Assembly (NCBI GenBank): GCA_964016885.1
Contig: CAXHJY010001086.1
Span: forward strand, 1 to 35,074
Length of the DNA: 35,074 bases
DNA from: Eledone cirrhosa
Taxonomy: Eukaryota
Direction of reading: 5' to 3'
Made by a program: the position numbers and the translations under genes. This document shows positions 33,795 to 35,074 of this stretch, in pieces; the stretch's first letter is position 1, and the number at the start of each line of letters is the position of its first letter. The notes beneath the pieces are model-generated. The model made no database searches, had not been told where the DNA came from, and saw only the letters and a program-made list of their open reading frames with translations.

Positions 33795-34337
33795 CATAGG
33801 TTTGTTAAAATGAGGTGACGATACCGAATATTGTGCTTATTCCGGCCGTAAAACTACGGGTTTACGGGTTATGTACTAATTCTAAATAACAAACTATATG
33901 AACAGATTAGTTTGTAAAATTTGCCAGCTTAGCAGAAGATAGTATTACTGCAACATAAGAGACTGTACATACATGTTCACGTAATGAAATATCACCATTG
34001 TTGCAAATCATATGAGTATGTGTCCGTTATGCTGAAACCGTTATTTCTCGATTCGCCAAATTTGTAAAATCTGTAATTGTACTCCCATTTAAGTACTGAA
34101 GACATTGAAATGAAAGAATATAAACATGCTTCGTTGAGATCTCGCTAAATATGGAAGCCATCATCGTTTAGTTTGTTGTATAATCATTAGGCATAGCGGC
34201 TGAAAGAATATTAGTTAGAGACGTAATATAATTAATGTATAAAATATACCAAATGAAGCTGTTAAAATCATTATATAGAAATGGGCTTCCGTCGGTTTCG
34301 TCGATAAGTGCATCTATTTTTCTTTTTTTTTTTTTTT

Positions 34338-34967
34338 AAATCTCGCCGAAGTTAGCTTTGCCTTTCATCCTTACGAGAGCGATAAAATAAAGTACCAGTA
34401 ACGCACTGGGGTCGATTTAATCGACTTTCCCCTCCCCTCAAATTACTGGCCTTGTGCCTATTCTAGAAATCATTATTATGTTATGGCGGTGGATTGGCAG
34501 TATCTTTAGAGAGTCGCACGCCATGCTTTGCAGCATAGAGTTACGGCCCTTTATGATCTAAGTTCAAATCCCGCCGAGGTTAACTTTGCCTTTCATCCTT
34601 ACGGGGTCGATAAAATAAAGTACCAGTAATACACTGGGGTCGATTTAATCGACTTTCCCTTCCCCGAAATTGTTGGCCGTGTCCCTAAATCAGAAACCAT
34701 TTTTATTTATATGGATAATTAATTGTTTCTACTTTTTGGCACAAGGCCAGCAATTATCCAGTGTATTACTGGTACTTTATTTTATCGACCCCGTAAGGAT
34801 GAAAGGCAAAGTTAACCTCGGCGGAATTTGAACTCAGACCGTAAAGGGACGTAACTGTGCTGCAAAGCATGGCGTCCGACCCTCTACCGATACTGCCAAT
34901 CCGCCGCCATTTATATGGATAATTAATTGTTTCTATTTTAGGCACAAGGCCAGCAATTACCCAGTGC
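34338..34967. mobile_element. Family A SINE cluster: + 34338-34478, + 34485-34702, - 34724-34908, - tail 34928-34967
   Basis: Direct similarity to the other copies; a repeated target sequence flanks the minus copies. Confidence 0.9.
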
Positions 34968-35074
34968 ATTATATGGATAATTAATGGAAAGTAGATACGG
35001 TTGATAATGTAAAGTTGATGTTGGGATTATGTATTTGACTGGTAAATATTCTGGTCGTTTTATTACAAAATATC

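Overview
This is AT-rich, microsatellite-dense animal DNA, most likely from an octopus or other coleoid cephalopod; that assignment is inferred from the repeat families and giant (TA)n tracts, not proven. Host genes I can read: a complete 6-exon SDHC gene (minus strand, 5523-11840, 176 aa); a tRNA-Leu(AAG) (minus, 13776-13857); two almost identical intronless class A GPCR genes 8.3 kb apart inside a tandem segmental duplication, plus a third gene-less partial copy; and a probable unidentified spliced gene at the left edge. The rest is a mosaic of tRNA-derived SINEs, Tx1-, CR1- and RTE-clade LINE fragments, hAT- and piggyBac-like MITEs, 55-bp and 79-bp minisatellites and simple repeats. The most unusual signals are: (1) three hammerhead-ribozyme-like motifs with intact CUGAUGA/GAAA cores, all showing a U-U pair at the base of stem II, one of them folded into a 60-bp inverted repeat downstream of SDHC; (2) a 221-bp module that changes the C-terminus of one GPCR paralog; (3) a 55-bp minisatellite expanded in only one paralog. 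Most short ORFs in the supplied track are microsatellite or repeat artefacts.
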